Source of the DNA: an uncultured Verrucomicrobiae bacterium
GTDB lineage: Bacteria > Verrucomicrobiota > Verrucomicrobiia > Chthoniobacterales > Chthoniobacteraceae
DNA length: 64,000 bases
Reading direction: 5' to 3'
NCBI GenBank assembly: GCA_963769025.1
Contig: CAVYKI010000003.1
Location: forward strand, 736,001 to 800,000
Below the pieces are notes generated by a model, which was given only the letters and a program-made list of their open reading frames with translations, was not told where the DNA came from and did no database searches. Shown in pieces: positions 18,928-29,448 of this stretch (position 1 is its first letter; every line of letters begins with the position of its first letter). The position numbers and the translations under genes were made by a program.

Positions 18928-19515
18928 GTGAAACGAAACATCCGGCGCATCCTCGTCGCGGTCGTGTGCGCCGTGAACATCGCGCTCGCCGTGGTGCTCT
19001 GGCGTTCCGGCGATCCGGCGTACCGGCTGCAGGAGCTTCTGGCGCTCGGGCGATTTTCCGAGCACGACGACCTCATCGCCCGCGCAGCGAAAAGGCACGG
19101 CGTGGACCCTCTGCTCGTGAAGGCCGTCGTCTGGCGGGAGAGCCGGTTTCACCCTTCGCAAGTCGGTGGTGCCGGCGAGCGCGGGCTCATGCAGGTCGGC
19201 GAGGCTGCGGCGCGCGACTGGGCCGCGGCACGCAAGATCGAGGTCTTTGTCTATGCGGATCTTTTTGACGCCAAGACGAACCTCGAAGCCGGCACGTGGT
19301 ATCTCGGCCGCGCGCTGGAGCGGTGGAAGGATCGCGACGACCCGGTTCCGTATGCGCTCGCGGAATACAATGCCGGACGTTCCCGCGTGGAGAAATGGGC
19401 GGCGAATGCGGACTCCGCGGGCGAGATGTTGCGCGAGGCGTCGGGGACCACCACACGCCAGTACGTGGACGATGTGATCCGCCGCTATCAGCGCTATCTC
19501 GCGCAGGCCCGGTGA
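18928..19515 (+). CDS. Soluble lytic transglycosylase (SLT domain) with N-terminal anchor
   Basis: VDPLLVKAVVWRESRF, GLMQV, NLEAGTWYL, ALAEYNAG, TRQYV; GTG start. Confidence 0.92.
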   Translation: MKRNIRRILVAVVCAVNIALAVVLWRSGDPAYRLQELLALGRFSEHDDLIARAAKRHGVDPLLVKAVVWRESRFHPSQVGGAGERGLMQVGEAAARDWAAARKIEVFVYADLFDAKTNLEAGTWYLGRALERWKDRDDPVPYALAEYNAGRSRVEKWAANADSAGEMLREASGTTTRQYVDDVIRRYQRYLAQAR

Positions 19516-19524
19516 GCTAGATTC

Positions 19525-21138
19525 GTGGCGATGGCCGCTCCCCGCGAACCCACGGATCTAAAGGCGAAACTTGGCGATGTGCCGCACAAGCCGGGCGTGT
19601 ATTTGCACCGCGACCGATTTGGCCGCGTGATCTACGTCGGCAAGGCGCGGGATCTCCGCAAACGCCTGAGCCACTACTTTGCGCCCTCGCGGCTCATGCG
19701 CGCGGATCCGAAGGTGCGGGCGCTGATCGAGGCGATCCATGACTTCGACTGGCACGTCGCGGGCAGCGAACCGGAGGCGCTGCTGCTCGAGGGCAAGCTG
19801 ATCAAGGAATACCGGCCGCGCTACAACGTGAGCTTCCGCGACGACAAGCGCTTCCTGCTCGTGAAGGTGGACGTGAACGAGGAGTGGCCGCGCTTCCGGC
19901 TGACGCGCGTGAAGAATCCCGACGACGGCGCGCGGTATTTCGGGCCGTTCGCCCATTCGGGCGCGCTGCGGCAGACGCTCACCTTCATGCGGAAAAGATT
20001 TGGCGTGCTGACCTTCGGGCGCGGCTCGCCCACCGAGCGCGAGCGCAAGTCGAGCACCTACCAGGTGCCTATGAAGCTCGCGGAGACGACGCCGGAGCAG
20101 TACGCGGAGCGCGTCGCGCTGGCGTGCCAGTTCATGGAGGGCCAGTCAAAGGAACTGCTCACGGGACTCGAAGACGAAATGCGCGCGGCAGCGGCGAAGC
20201 TCGATTTCGAACGCGCCGCGGAGCTGCGCAACATGCTCGACGATCTGCGCAAGACCACGAAGCCCATGACGCGCTACACGACGACGATGCGCCACCGGCT
20301 GAAGCTGCCGGGCGCCATCGCCCCCGCCGCGGATCTCGCGGAACTCGGCGAGGCGCTCGGCCTCGCGGGGCCGCCGCGGCGCATGGAGTGCTTCGACATT
20401 TCCAACATCAGCACCACGCACATCGTCGCGAGCATGGTGTGTTTCATCGACGGTCGTCCCACGACCCACCTCTACCGGCGCTACCGAATCAAAACGGTCG
20501 AGGGCCGGCAGGATGATTTTGCGAGCATGGCTGAGGTCGTGCGGCGCCGTTACACGCGGGCGCTGCGGGAGATTTCGGAGACCGGCACGCAGGGAGCGGA
20601 GACGGAAAGCGGAGTCGTGCAGGAAGTCGTGGACTACTCGTATTCGCAGGAGGCGAATGTGGAGATCGCGCGGCGCTTCGCGAAGCCCGGCGAAGTCGGG
20701 ACGCTCCCGGATTTGATCATCGTGGACGGCGGCAAGGGGCAGCTCAGCTCAGCATGCGCGGAATTACAGCAGCTCAGGCTTTCCGACGTCCCGATCATCG
20801 GGCTCGCGAAGGAGTTTGAGGAAATTTACCGGCCGGGCGTTTCGCTGCCGCTGCATCTGCCGCCCGATAGCGGCGCGCTGAAGCTGCTCCAGCGCATCCG
20901 CGACGAGGCGCACCGCTGGGCGAACGGCTACCACCAGTTGTTGATGAAGCGGCGCATCGCCGAGAGCATCCTCGACGACTGCCCCGGCGTGAGTGATTCG
21001 CGCAAGCAGGCGCTGCTGCGGAAATTTGGGAGCGTCGCGCGGATCCGGCGCGCGGGCGCGGAGGAAATCGCGAAGGTCCCGGGGATCGGCGCGCGGCTGG
21101 CGGAGACGATCGTGCAGTTTTTGAAGGAGCGAGGCTAA
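19525..21138 (+). CDS. uvrC: Excinuclease ABC subunit C
   Basis: GIY-YIG (PGVY..IYVGKA), EALLLE..LIK.Y.PRYN, UVR coiled coil, ECFDISN, DDFASM, PDLIIVDGGKGQL, RDEAHR, tandem HhH. Confidence 0.95.
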   Translation: MAMAAPREPTDLKAKLGDVPHKPGVYLHRDRFGRVIYVGKARDLRKRLSHYFAPSRLMRADPKVRALIEAIHDFDWHVAGSEPEALLLEGKLIKEYRPRYNVSFRDDKRFLLVKVDVNEEWPRFRLTRVKNPDDGARYFGPFAHSGALRQTLTFMRKRFGVLTFGRGSPTERERKSSTYQVPMKLAETTPEQYAERVALACQFMEGQSKELLTGLEDEMRAAAAKLDFERAAELRNMLDDLRKTTKPMTRYTTTMRHRLKLPGAIAPAADLAELGEALGLAGPPRRMECFDISNISTTHIVASMVCFIDGRPTTHLYRRYRIKTVEGRQDDFASMAEVVRRRYTRALREISETGTQGAETESGVVQEVVDYSYSQEANVEIARRFAKPGEVGTLPDLIIVDGGKGQLSSACAELQQLRLSDVPIIGLAKEFEEIYRPGVSLPLHLPPDSGALKLLQRIRDEAHRWANGYHQLLMKRRIAESILDDCPGVSDSRKQALLRKFGSVARIRRAGAEEIAKVPGIGARLAETIVQFLKERG

Positions 21139-21150
21139 ATTTCGCGCGCA

Positions 21151-21603
21151 ATGAGAGCCGTGATCCAGCGTGTCCGTTCCGCCTCGGTAAAAATCGCCGG
21201 CGAGGAGGTCGGCGCAATCGGGCGCGGGTTGCTGGTGCTGCTCGGAATCGAGGAGACGGATGCCGCCGCGGACATCGGGTGGCTGGCGGGAAAAGTGGCG
21301 GGGCTGCGGCTGTTCTCGGATGCCGGGGATGCATGGAACCGCAGCGTCGCGGAGGATGGAGGCGAGGTGCTCGTGGTGAGCCAGTTCACGCTTTTCGCGA
21401 GCACGAAAAAGGGGACGAAACCGAGCTGGCACCGCGCCGCAAGGCCGGAGGTGGCGGAGCCGCTGTGCGAGGCGTTTGTCCGGCAGCTCGGCACGCTGCT
21501 GCCGGGGCGGGTGAAGGCCGGGAAATTCGGCGCGATGATGGCGGTGTCGCTGGAGAACGACGGCCCGGTGACGCTGTGGCTGGACACGCGCCAGCGCGAA
21601 TAG
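21151..21603 (+). CDS. dtd: D-aminoacyl-tRNA deacylase
   Basis: MRAVIQRV, SQFTL, GKFGAMM.VSLENDGPVT. Confidence 0.96.
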   Translation: MRAVIQRVRSASVKIAGEEVGAIGRGLLVLLGIEETDAAADIGWLAGKVAGLRLFSDAGDAWNRSVAEDGGEVLVVSQFTLFASTKKGTKPSWHRAARPEVAEPLCEAFVRQLGTLLPGRVKAGKFGAMMAVSLENDGPVTLWLDTRQRE

Positions 21604-21642
21604 CGCGACCTTCAGTCCGTCGCTCCGCCTCCGAACGCTGAT

Positions 21643-22526
<884 letters not shown>

Positions 22527-24021
22527 TTAGAGGACGTAGCCCTCTTCCCGTGGTCGGTGAGGTCGAGGCCGGCGGTCTCTTCCTCCGGCGTCGGACGCAG
22601 GCCGATGACCGCTTTCACGATGAAGGCGATGACCGCGGTGGCCACGACGCTGAGCACGATGGTGACGGCGATGGCCTTGAACTGCTCCATCATCAGGCCT
22701 GCCTTGAGGCCGCCGACCACGCTGTTCGCCTTTTCGTCGGCGAGGACGCCGGTGAGGATGGCACCGAGGGTGCCGCCGACGCCGTGGACGCCGAAGGTGT
22801 CGAGCGCGTCGTCGTAGCCGAGCATGTTCTTCAGGAAGACCACGGCGAAGTACGGGATGATGCCGGCGAGCGACGCCGATGATCATCGCGCCGTTGGCGT
22901 TGACGAAACCGCACGCCGGCGTGATCACGACGAGACCGGCGACGATGCCCGAGCAGAAGCCGAGGACGCTAGGGTGGCCGCGGTGCATCCATTCCAGCGA
23001 CGCGCCCAGACGAAGCCGGCGGTGCGCCGCGGCGAGCGTGGTGGTGGTGAAGGCGTTCGAGGCGATGGCGTCGGCGCCGAGCGCGGAGCCGGCATTGAAG
23101 CCGTACCAGCCGACCCAGAGCATGCCGGTGCCGACCATACAAAGCACCATGCTGTGCGGGGCCATCTTCTCTTTGCCGAAGCCGAGGCGCTTGCCGAGGA
23201 TGATGCAGAGCACCAGCGCGCTCCAGCCGGAGGTCATGTGCACGACGGTGCCGCCGGCGAAGTCGATCGCCTTGATGCGCGGCGTCCGGATTCAGCGGGC
23301 CGCACATGAAGCCGGTGGTGCCCCACACCATGTGGGCGAGCGGGAAGTAAACGACGAACATCCAGAGGGCGACGAAGAGCAGGACGGCGGAGAATTTCAT
23401 GCGCTCGGCGATGGCACCGACGATGAGCGCCGGGGTGATGATCGCGAAGGTGAGCTGGAACATGGCCCAGATGGAATCGCTGATCCAGTGGTAGCCCGCG
23501 CCGACATTGCCGGGCTCGACGCCCTTGAAGAATGCGTAGGCTGAAGTCACCGATGAAGGCGTTGCCCGCGCCGAAAGCTCAGGCTGTAGCCGCACGACCC
23601 ACCAGAGGATGGTGACCAGGCCGGCGATGCCCAGGCACTGCGCGAGCACGGAGAGGACGTTCTTCCTCCGCACCAGGCCGCCGTAGAACAGCGCGAGGCC
23701 GGGCAGCGTCATGAAGAGCACCAGCGCGGTGCTGGTCATCTGCCAGGCATTGTGACCGGGGCCGGGGCCGGCGACCTTGGAAGCCACGCCTTCCTCCTTC
23801 TTGGACCGCTCGCCATTGTTCATGTAGGCCTCGATGTCCGCCAGGCGCTGCTCGATGGTCGGGTCCTTTTTGGGTTCCTCGGGCTTCGCAGCCTCCTCCT
23901 TCTTTTCAACGACGGGTGCTGCAGGTGCAGGGTCCTGCGCTCGCAGGTTCGGTGCTCCGAGCGTCCCGAGCGCGACGGCGGCCGCGATGGCGAGACTGGA
24001 GATGATTTTGGTCAATTTCAT
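22527..24021 (-). CDS. amtB: Ammonium transporter with signal peptide and N-terminal extension; several frameshifts
   Basis: AWQMTSTALVLFMT.PGLALFYGG, FQLTFAIIT, DFAGGTVVH, LWVGWYGFNAGS, DDALDTFGVHGVGG, GLDLTDH. Confidence 0.93.
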
Positions 24022-24141
24022 TCGAGTGTTTGGGATGTTGTTGGTTTGTTGATGCCTCACTCCCCTCCCCCGCTGTCGAAAAGCGCCCATGGGGCTGGCG
24101 CTCGCGCGATTTCCGGGTAAGTCAGTTGGCAGCGCCCCGTT

Positions 24142-24158
24142 AGCAACGCCTGTGCCAA
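24142..24158 (-). promoter_or_regulatory. Sigma-54 (-24/-12) promoter of amtB-glnK
   Basis: Minus strand TTGGCAC-AGGCG-TTGCT matches the TGGCAC-N5-TTGCW consensus, 120 nt upstream of amtB. Confidence 0.85.
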
Positions 24159-24459
24159 CGCCTGCCACGGCCCCGCTCCATCAGAGGAAAAAAGTTCCAG
24201 AGCCCCACATTTCGCGCATTTTCTGCGTGGCTAGAAACGTCCATCCCTGTCCCGTTTGTGCAAAAAACGACAGGGGCGCCCAATCAGCTCAAGCCGGAGT
24301 CTCCGCCTTCACGCACCGCCTTTTAGAAGCCCTCACCTTCCACCGCAGTGGTCGCACTGCCGACCACGCGTGGACGCGCCTCCCCACAAACGGCACCGTG
24401 ATATTCACGAAACGTTCGCGCCCCCCCGGGCGCTTCGCTCCGCACGCCGCAATTCCCGC

Positions 24460-25971
24460 CTACCGGCGCGGCTGCCGGTAGAGGGCGTTGATTTCCACCG
24501 GCGTGAGCGCGCGTTTGTACACCCGCACTTCGTCGATGATGCCGTCGAAGTTCTGCCATGTCCCGTCGTCCACCGCGCCGACGGTCGTCCACATTTTCTC
24601 CACCGGATAGTTCACCGTCTCCTCGGTCAGCACTTCACCTCCGAGTTCGCCATTCACGAAAATACGGAGGGCAGATTGGCTGGCCGAGATCTTTCCGATC
24701 GTGCCCGCCACGAAATACCACGTGTCGCGGGCGAGGGCCTTGGAAGAAGCGACACCGACGTGCTGGCTGAGCATCGGCGTGCCCTTTGGTGAGAGATAAA
24801 TCTCATTTTCGACGACCACAAATTTCACCCCCTTCGTGGCCGACCGATCCGAGCGGATCTCCATCCTCCCGTCGTTCAGGAGATGCAGCACCCACGAGTC
24901 GCGCCCGAACTGCGAGTCCCCGTGAAAAACGATCTGGCTGCCCCACCTCCGCGCAATGCCCGAATATTTCACCCACGCGGAAATCGTGAGATTCTCCGTC
25001 AGATCGAGCTTGGGATTCGCAGGCACAGTCATCGAGTCCCAGCGCACCTTGCGCGCGGAGGATGGATTCTTCCGCAGCCGGATCGCTTTTCCGAAAAGCC
25101 CGTCCACCATCTGCACGCCGCCATTCATCACGCCGTTGAGCTGGTTACCGCTCGCGTCGGAGCCGTTCCCCTGGTCGAAAGTCCAGCGCGCCACGAGGTC
25201 GGCCGTCGCGGGTTCCGTGAACGCCTGCCCCGCCGCCGGAACTGCCGCCGCCGCATACACCGCAAGCGGCGCCGGCGTGGTGGAAGTCCCCGCCTTTGTA
25301 GTTGCCGTCACAGTCGCCGCCTTCGCCGGCTCGATGGACACCTTGCTCGCCACCGCGACCTGCTGGATGCTTTTCACCAGCGGATTTTCCGGGCTCAGCG
25401 GGTCGCCGAGCACGCGCGCAAGTTCCGCCAGTTCCTCCTTCACCGGCGTCCCCTCGATCACGACCGGGTAAAGCACGATTCCATGCACGCTCACGTCGCC
25501 CTTGATCCGCCGGATGACGATGCGCTCGGCCGTCGGGTACTTCTTCAGCGGGATGACAAAGGTGTCCGTCGAAACCTCGTTGCCCACGTCCACGATATTG
25601 CCAAAAAGATCCACGGCCACCACCTGCCCGGTCGCATCCGCGAGCTGGATGGCGATGTCCGCATTCTCGTTCCGGTCGAACAGGATCGTTGCCACGAGAT
25701 TGTGTTTCATCTTCTCGCGATCGATCACGAGCGTCAGCCGTCCGGCCCCCTCGCCCGCCCCGGCCCCGACCTCCCAGCGCCCCGGTTCATCCAGAAAGCG
25801 CCCGCCCTGCTGCTCGATGCGGCTCAGCCACGCCGGCGTTTCCTTGCCTGCGGAAACCTCGCCACTTCCAAATCGCGAATCAAAATTCAGCTCCACAGTC
25901 TCCGGTGCAGCCGCGGAAAGCGCAAACTGGAGGGCGGCCCCGAGGCTGAGGCAAATGGCGATGATGCGCAT
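24460..25971 (-). CDS. Secreted protein with C-terminal LamG/concanavalin-A-like domain
   Basis: Signal peptide MRIIAICLSLGAALQFALSAA; Ala/Thr linker; LVARWTFD.GNG.DASGN, TISAWVK, WYFVAGT, FDGIIDEVRVYKRALT..EI. Confidence 0.85.
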   Translation of the reverse strand: MRIIAICLSLGAALQFALSAAAPETVELNFDSRFGSGEVSAGKETPAWLSRIEQQGGRFLDEPGRWEVGAGAGEGAGRLTLVIDREKMKHNLVATILFDRNENADIAIQLADATGQVVAVDLFGNIVDVGNEVSTDTFVIPLKKYPTAERIVIRRIKGDVSVHGIVLYPVVIEGTPVKEELAELARVLGDPLSPENPLVKSIQQVAVASKVSIEPAKAATVTATTKAGTSTTPAPLAVYAAAAVPAAGQAFTEPATADLVARWTFDQGNGSDASGNQLNGVMNGGVQMVDGLFGKAIRLRKNPSSARKVRWDSMTVPANPKLDLTENLTISAWVKYSGIARRWGSQIVFHGDSQFGRDSWVLHLLNDGRMEIRSDRSATKGVKFVVVENEIYLSPKGTPMLSQHVGVASSKALARDTWYFVAGTIGKISASQSALRIFVNGELGGEVLTEETVNYPVEKMWTTVGAVDDGTWQNFDGIIDEVRVYKRALTPVEINALYRQPRR

Positions 25972-26036
25972 TCGGCGAAAGTCCCAGCGCCGACAACACC
26001 CTTCAAGCACCAATCCGTGCCGCTCCCGCGAGGCGT

Positions 26037-26678
26037 TCATGCATCGTCCGGATGCCGGAGACGCAGCAGCGGGCGCACGGCCAGCCAGAGCAGCGGCGGC
26101 ACGAGCACGCTCAGCGCAATCGCGAGCCGAGGCCGGTCCTGCCCGGCCGCGCCGATCGCGGCATAGACAAATCCCATCGGAACCGCGCCGCACCCCAGCG
26201 CCGCGGCGAAGATGCGCAGCGGCATCCGGGTCAACCCCGCGAGGCACGAGATCACCTCCGGCAAAAGCGGCAGCCATCGCGAAGCCGCAACCAGCCACGG
26301 ACCGCTGCGCTGGAAGAGCGTCTCATGCCGCGTAAGTTCCGCTTCCCCGGCGAGTCGCGCCGCGATGCCGCGCCCAAACGCCCGGCAAAGCCCGTAGCCC
26401 GCCATGCCCGCCGCGAACGAACCGACGACACTGATCATCCCTCCGATCAGTGGCCCGTACAGATAGCCGCTGGCGGCCATGACGGCTGTCGCGGGCAGCG
26501 GCAAAACCAGATCCGAAACGAGCAGCCCGATCACCGCGAGCCAGCCCCACCGGCCGCAGCCCCGAATCCACGCGATCGCCGCATCGCCGGTGAACCATTC
26601 CATGAACTGGCCTCCCCAAATGACAAAAGGGATGCAGAGCACGATCGCGAAAACGATGGCGGTGACGAGCAGGCGCAT
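26037..26678 (-). CDS. DedA/VTT (SNARE-associated) family membrane protein
   Basis: DLVLPLPATAVMAASGYLYG, GYGLCRAFGR, SRWLPLLPEVISCLAGLTRMP. Confidence 0.88.
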   Translation of the reverse strand: MRLLVTAIVFAIVLCIPFVIWGGQFMEWFTGDAAIAWIRGCGRWGWLAVIGLLVSDLVLPLPATAVMAASGYLYGPLIGGMISVVGSFAAGMAGYGLCRAFGRGIAARLAGEAELTRHETLFQRSGPWLVAASRWLPLLPEVISCLAGLTRMPLRIFAAALGCGAVPMGFVYAAIGAAGQDRPRLAIALSVLVPPLLWLAVRPLLRLRHPDDA

Positions 26679-26870
26679 GGCGTCCGCAACCTCGTAGGGA
26701 TCGCGCCGCGCAATGTCACGCCGCCGCGGATGGCGGTTCATTTTCAAAATCAAAGTCATCCTGAACTCGGGCAGGACGCGGCAACGGATGGCCGCGCGCC
26801 GTGACGGGTTCCGCTTGCCGGGAGACCGCTGCGTCTGGGAAAGAGCAGCGCGCGCAGACACCGCACCAGG

Positions 26871-28205
26871 ATGAACATCACCGCCAATCCCCCGCCAGCC
26901 GCCGGCCACGTGCGCTGGGTCGTTTGCGGCCTGCTCTTTCTGGCCACGGTGATCAACTACATCGACCGCCAGGTCATCGCGCTGCTGAAGGGGCCGTTGC
27001 AGGGGGAATTCAAACTCAGCGAGGTGGACTACGCCGCGATCGTCTTCAGCTTCCAGTTCGCGTACGCGATCGGCTTCCCGCTGGCCGGGCGCATCATGGA
27101 CACGCTCGGCACGCGGCGCGGATTCGCGCTGGCCGTCGGCGTCTGGAGCGTCGCGGCAATGGCGCACGCCGCCGCGCATTGGTTCCCCGGATTGCAGATG
27201 CCGACACTGCTCCTCAACCCGCCGTCCATCGTGATGCTCGTCGGCGCGGCGGCGGGCTTTGCGGTCGCACGCTTTGCGCTCGGGCTCGGCGAGGCGGGAA
27301 ATTTCCCCGCGTGCGTGAAGACCGTCGCCGAGTGGTTCCCGCGCCGGGAGCGGGCATTTGCCACCGGCATCGTCATCTCCGGCGGCAACGTCGGCGCCAT
27401 CCTCGCTCCGCTCACCGTTCCCTGGATCACCGTGCAATGGGGCTGGCAATGGGCCTTCGTCATCACCGGTGCCATCGGCTTTCTGTGGCTCGCACTGTGG
27501 CTCGCCGTCTATCGTGCGCCGGGCGAACACCGCAGCGTCTCCGCCGCCGAGCTCGCGCACATCCGCAGCGACCCGCCCGATGCGCCGGGCAAAGTGCCAT
27601 GGCTCCGGCTCCTCCCGCACCGGCAGACATGGGCGTTCTCCCTCGGCAAATTCCTCACCGACCCCATCTGGTGGCTGTATCTGTTTTGGATCCCCGATTT
27701 CCTCTCGCGCAACCACGGCCTCGACATCACCAAAATGGGCCCGCCCATCGTGATCATCTACCTCGTCTCCGACGCCGGGAGCATCGCCGGCGGCTGGTTT
27801 TCCTCCGCGCTGATCAAGCGCGGCTGGACCGTGAACGCAGCGCGCAAGACCGCCCTCCTCGTCTGCGCGCTCGCCGTCATCCCCATCGTCTTCGCCGCGA
27901 AGACCACCAATCTCTGGGTCGCCGTCGGCCTCCTCTCGCTCGCCGCCGCCGCGCATCAGGCCTGGGCCGCGAATCTCTTCACCGCCGCCTCCGACATGTT
28001 CCCGCGCCAGGCCGTCGGCTCCGTCGTCGGCATCGGCGGAATGGCGGGCGGCATCGGCGGGATGCTGATCGCACTCGTCGTCGGCCAGATTCTCGAGCGC
28101 ACCCGCAGCTACGACTCCATTTTCATCATCGCCGGCTCCGCCTACCTCGTGGCGCTGCTGGTCATCCACCTCCTCGCCCCGAAGATGAAACCGGCGGATG
28201 TGTAA
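26871..28205 (+). CDS. MFS transporter, hexuronate (ExuT)-like
   Basis: RWVVCGLLFLATVINYIDRQ, GEAGNFP...KTVAEWFP..ERAFATGI, KFLTDPIWWLYLFWIP, HQAWAANL. Confidence 0.9.
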   Translation: MNITANPPPAAGHVRWVVCGLLFLATVINYIDRQVIALLKGPLQGEFKLSEVDYAAIVFSFQFAYAIGFPLAGRIMDTLGTRRGFALAVGVWSVAAMAHAAAHWFPGLQMPTLLLNPPSIVMLVGAAAGFAVARFALGLGEAGNFPACVKTVAEWFPRRERAFATGIVISGGNVGAILAPLTVPWITVQWGWQWAFVITGAIGFLWLALWLAVYRAPGEHRSVSAAELAHIRSDPPDAPGKVPWLRLLPHRQTWAFSLGKFLTDPIWWLYLFWIPDFLSRNHGLDITKMGPPIVIIYLVSDAGSIAGGWFSSALIKRGWTVNAARKTALLVCALAVIPIVFAAKTTNLWVAVGLLSLAAAAHQAWAANLFTAASDMFPRQAVGSVVGIGGMAGGIGGMLIALVVGQILERTRSYDSIFIIAGSAYLVALLVIHLLAPKMKPADV

Positions 28206-28239
28206 GGCCTCCCGCCACCGGCGCGGCTGCTGCGAGAAC

Positions 28240-28292
28240 GGGATGCAGAGCACGAGGGCGAAAATCACGGCAGCCGCGAGCAGGCGCGTGGC
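28240..28292 (-). pseudogene. Remnant second copy of the DedA gene 5' end (start codon decayed to ACG)
   Basis: 43/53 nt identical to 26629-26681; encodes (T)RLLAAAVIFALVLCIPF versus MRLLVTAIVFAIVLCIPF. Confidence 0.8.
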
Positions 28293-28326
28293 TTCGGGAA
28301 GCTCCTGCCGCCGCCTCCCCGCGATG

Positions 28327-29304
28327 TCACGCCAGCGGCAGCGCAGCGCCGGCCCGGCTCAGCGCATCGTGAAGACGCTGCACAGCGGCGGCTCCGGGAT
28401 GCACCGTTCCATTTCCCATCTCCTCGACGAAATGGCATGAAGCGTAGCCGGTCGCCTTCCTCTCATATTCCTCCACCCACTGCCGCCGCGTGGGCAACTG
28501 CTCCGGCGCAACCGGCCACACGCCGGGCCTCGGTCGCAGGTGGTCGGTGATGCCGATGCGCCACGGCTTCGGGCTCACGCGGGCGCGGAAGCAGTGCTGA
28601 TTCCCGCACATCCGCACATACACCGGGTCGGTCCCCAGCGCCGCGAAGAACTCCGCCACCGCCGGCTCCGCCGGGTCGAAGGTCCGGTGCATCGCCAGCA
28701 CACGAAATCCCGCCGGCGTCCGGTAAAGCCGCAGCCGCCAGTCGGGGTGTGCCGCCGCAAAAGCCGCGATCCGTTTCCGCGCGCGTTTCTCCGCGCCGCC
28801 GCTCGCGCGGTCCCGCGCACGGTGGAGCACCTTCGCAACCTTTGGCGCGAGCAGCAGCGCCACGGCTGCCCCGATGAGGCCCGCCTTTACGGAATGCCGG
28901 CTCCACCCCAGCCCGATCGCCACCACGAGGAAGAGCAGCAGCACCGCGCAAGTCATGCGCACCCCCGAAGACCCGGTGAAATCCACATCCGCAAAAAGCA
29001 CATCCGGCGTATTCAGGCACTGCGCGCCGTAGCTGTTGCGCGTGATGATCACCCCGCCCTCCCGCCGCAGGATCTCCTCGCGGATGGGCACTCCGGCCGC
29101 GCCATTGTAGGGCACCTTCGGCTCGCGGCGATCGATCGCCTCGCCGGTCGCCACCCGCTGGAAAGCGTCCTTGGCCCGCGCCACCGCGAGCGCCTGCGCC
29201 TCCTCCTGGCTCACATCGGACCAGCCAAAGCGCCGCACCGTGATCTGCTTTTTCCCCGAGCGATACTGGATGCGTTCTTCAGCCCAAAATTGCGGGACTA
29301 TCAT
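28327..29304 (-). CDS. Hypothetical protein with a central TM hairpin; possible primase-polymerase-like fold
   Basis: 325-aa ORF with normal codon bias; LFADVD, YRTPAGFRVL, TDPVY, CFRARVSPKPWR. Confidence 0.8.
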   Translation of the reverse strand: MIVPQFWAEERIQYRSGKKQITVRRFGWSDVSQEEAQALAVARAKDAFQRVATGEAIDRREPKVPYNGAAGVPIREEILRREGGVIITRNSYGAQCLNTPDVLFADVDFTGSSGVRMTCAVLLLFLVVAIGLGWSRHSVKAGLIGAAVALLLAPKVAKVLHRARDRASGGAEKRARKRIAAFAAAHPDWRLRLYRTPAGFRVLAMHRTFDPAEPAVAEFFAALGTDPVYVRMCGNQHCFRARVSPKPWRIGITDHLRPRPGVWPVAPEQLPTRRQWVEEYERKATGYASCHFVEEMGNGTVHPGAAAVQRLHDALSRAGAALPLA

Positions 29305-29391
29305 GCCATCCCACTACCAGACCCGTGCGCCTCACGGCGAGCGCGTGCTTGAAACCTCAGCGAAATTCCGAGGATGAAGCCGCGGGAGGAA

Positions 29392-29438
29392 CCACGGATG
29401 GAAGAATTCTCCTCTGCAAACCATCCGTGGCATCCGTG
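29392..29438. repeat. Short intergenic palindromic element (CCACGGATGG...CCATCCGTGG plus a direct CATCCGTG copy)
   Basis: Perfect 10-bp inverted repeat at 29392-29401 and 29421-29430; extra half-site at 29431-29438. Confidence 0.55.
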
Positions 29439-29448
29439 CAATTCGCGG

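Noticed and set aside
24180..24300. NtrC enhancer site upstream of the sigma-54 promoter
   Set aside because: Only a half-match (TTTGTGCA) to TGCAC-N7-GTGCA
26037..28268. 743-aa minus-strand ORF spanning the MFS gene
   Set aside because: The middle is the stop-free antisense of a high-GC gene; only the DedA part and the short 5' remnant look protein-like
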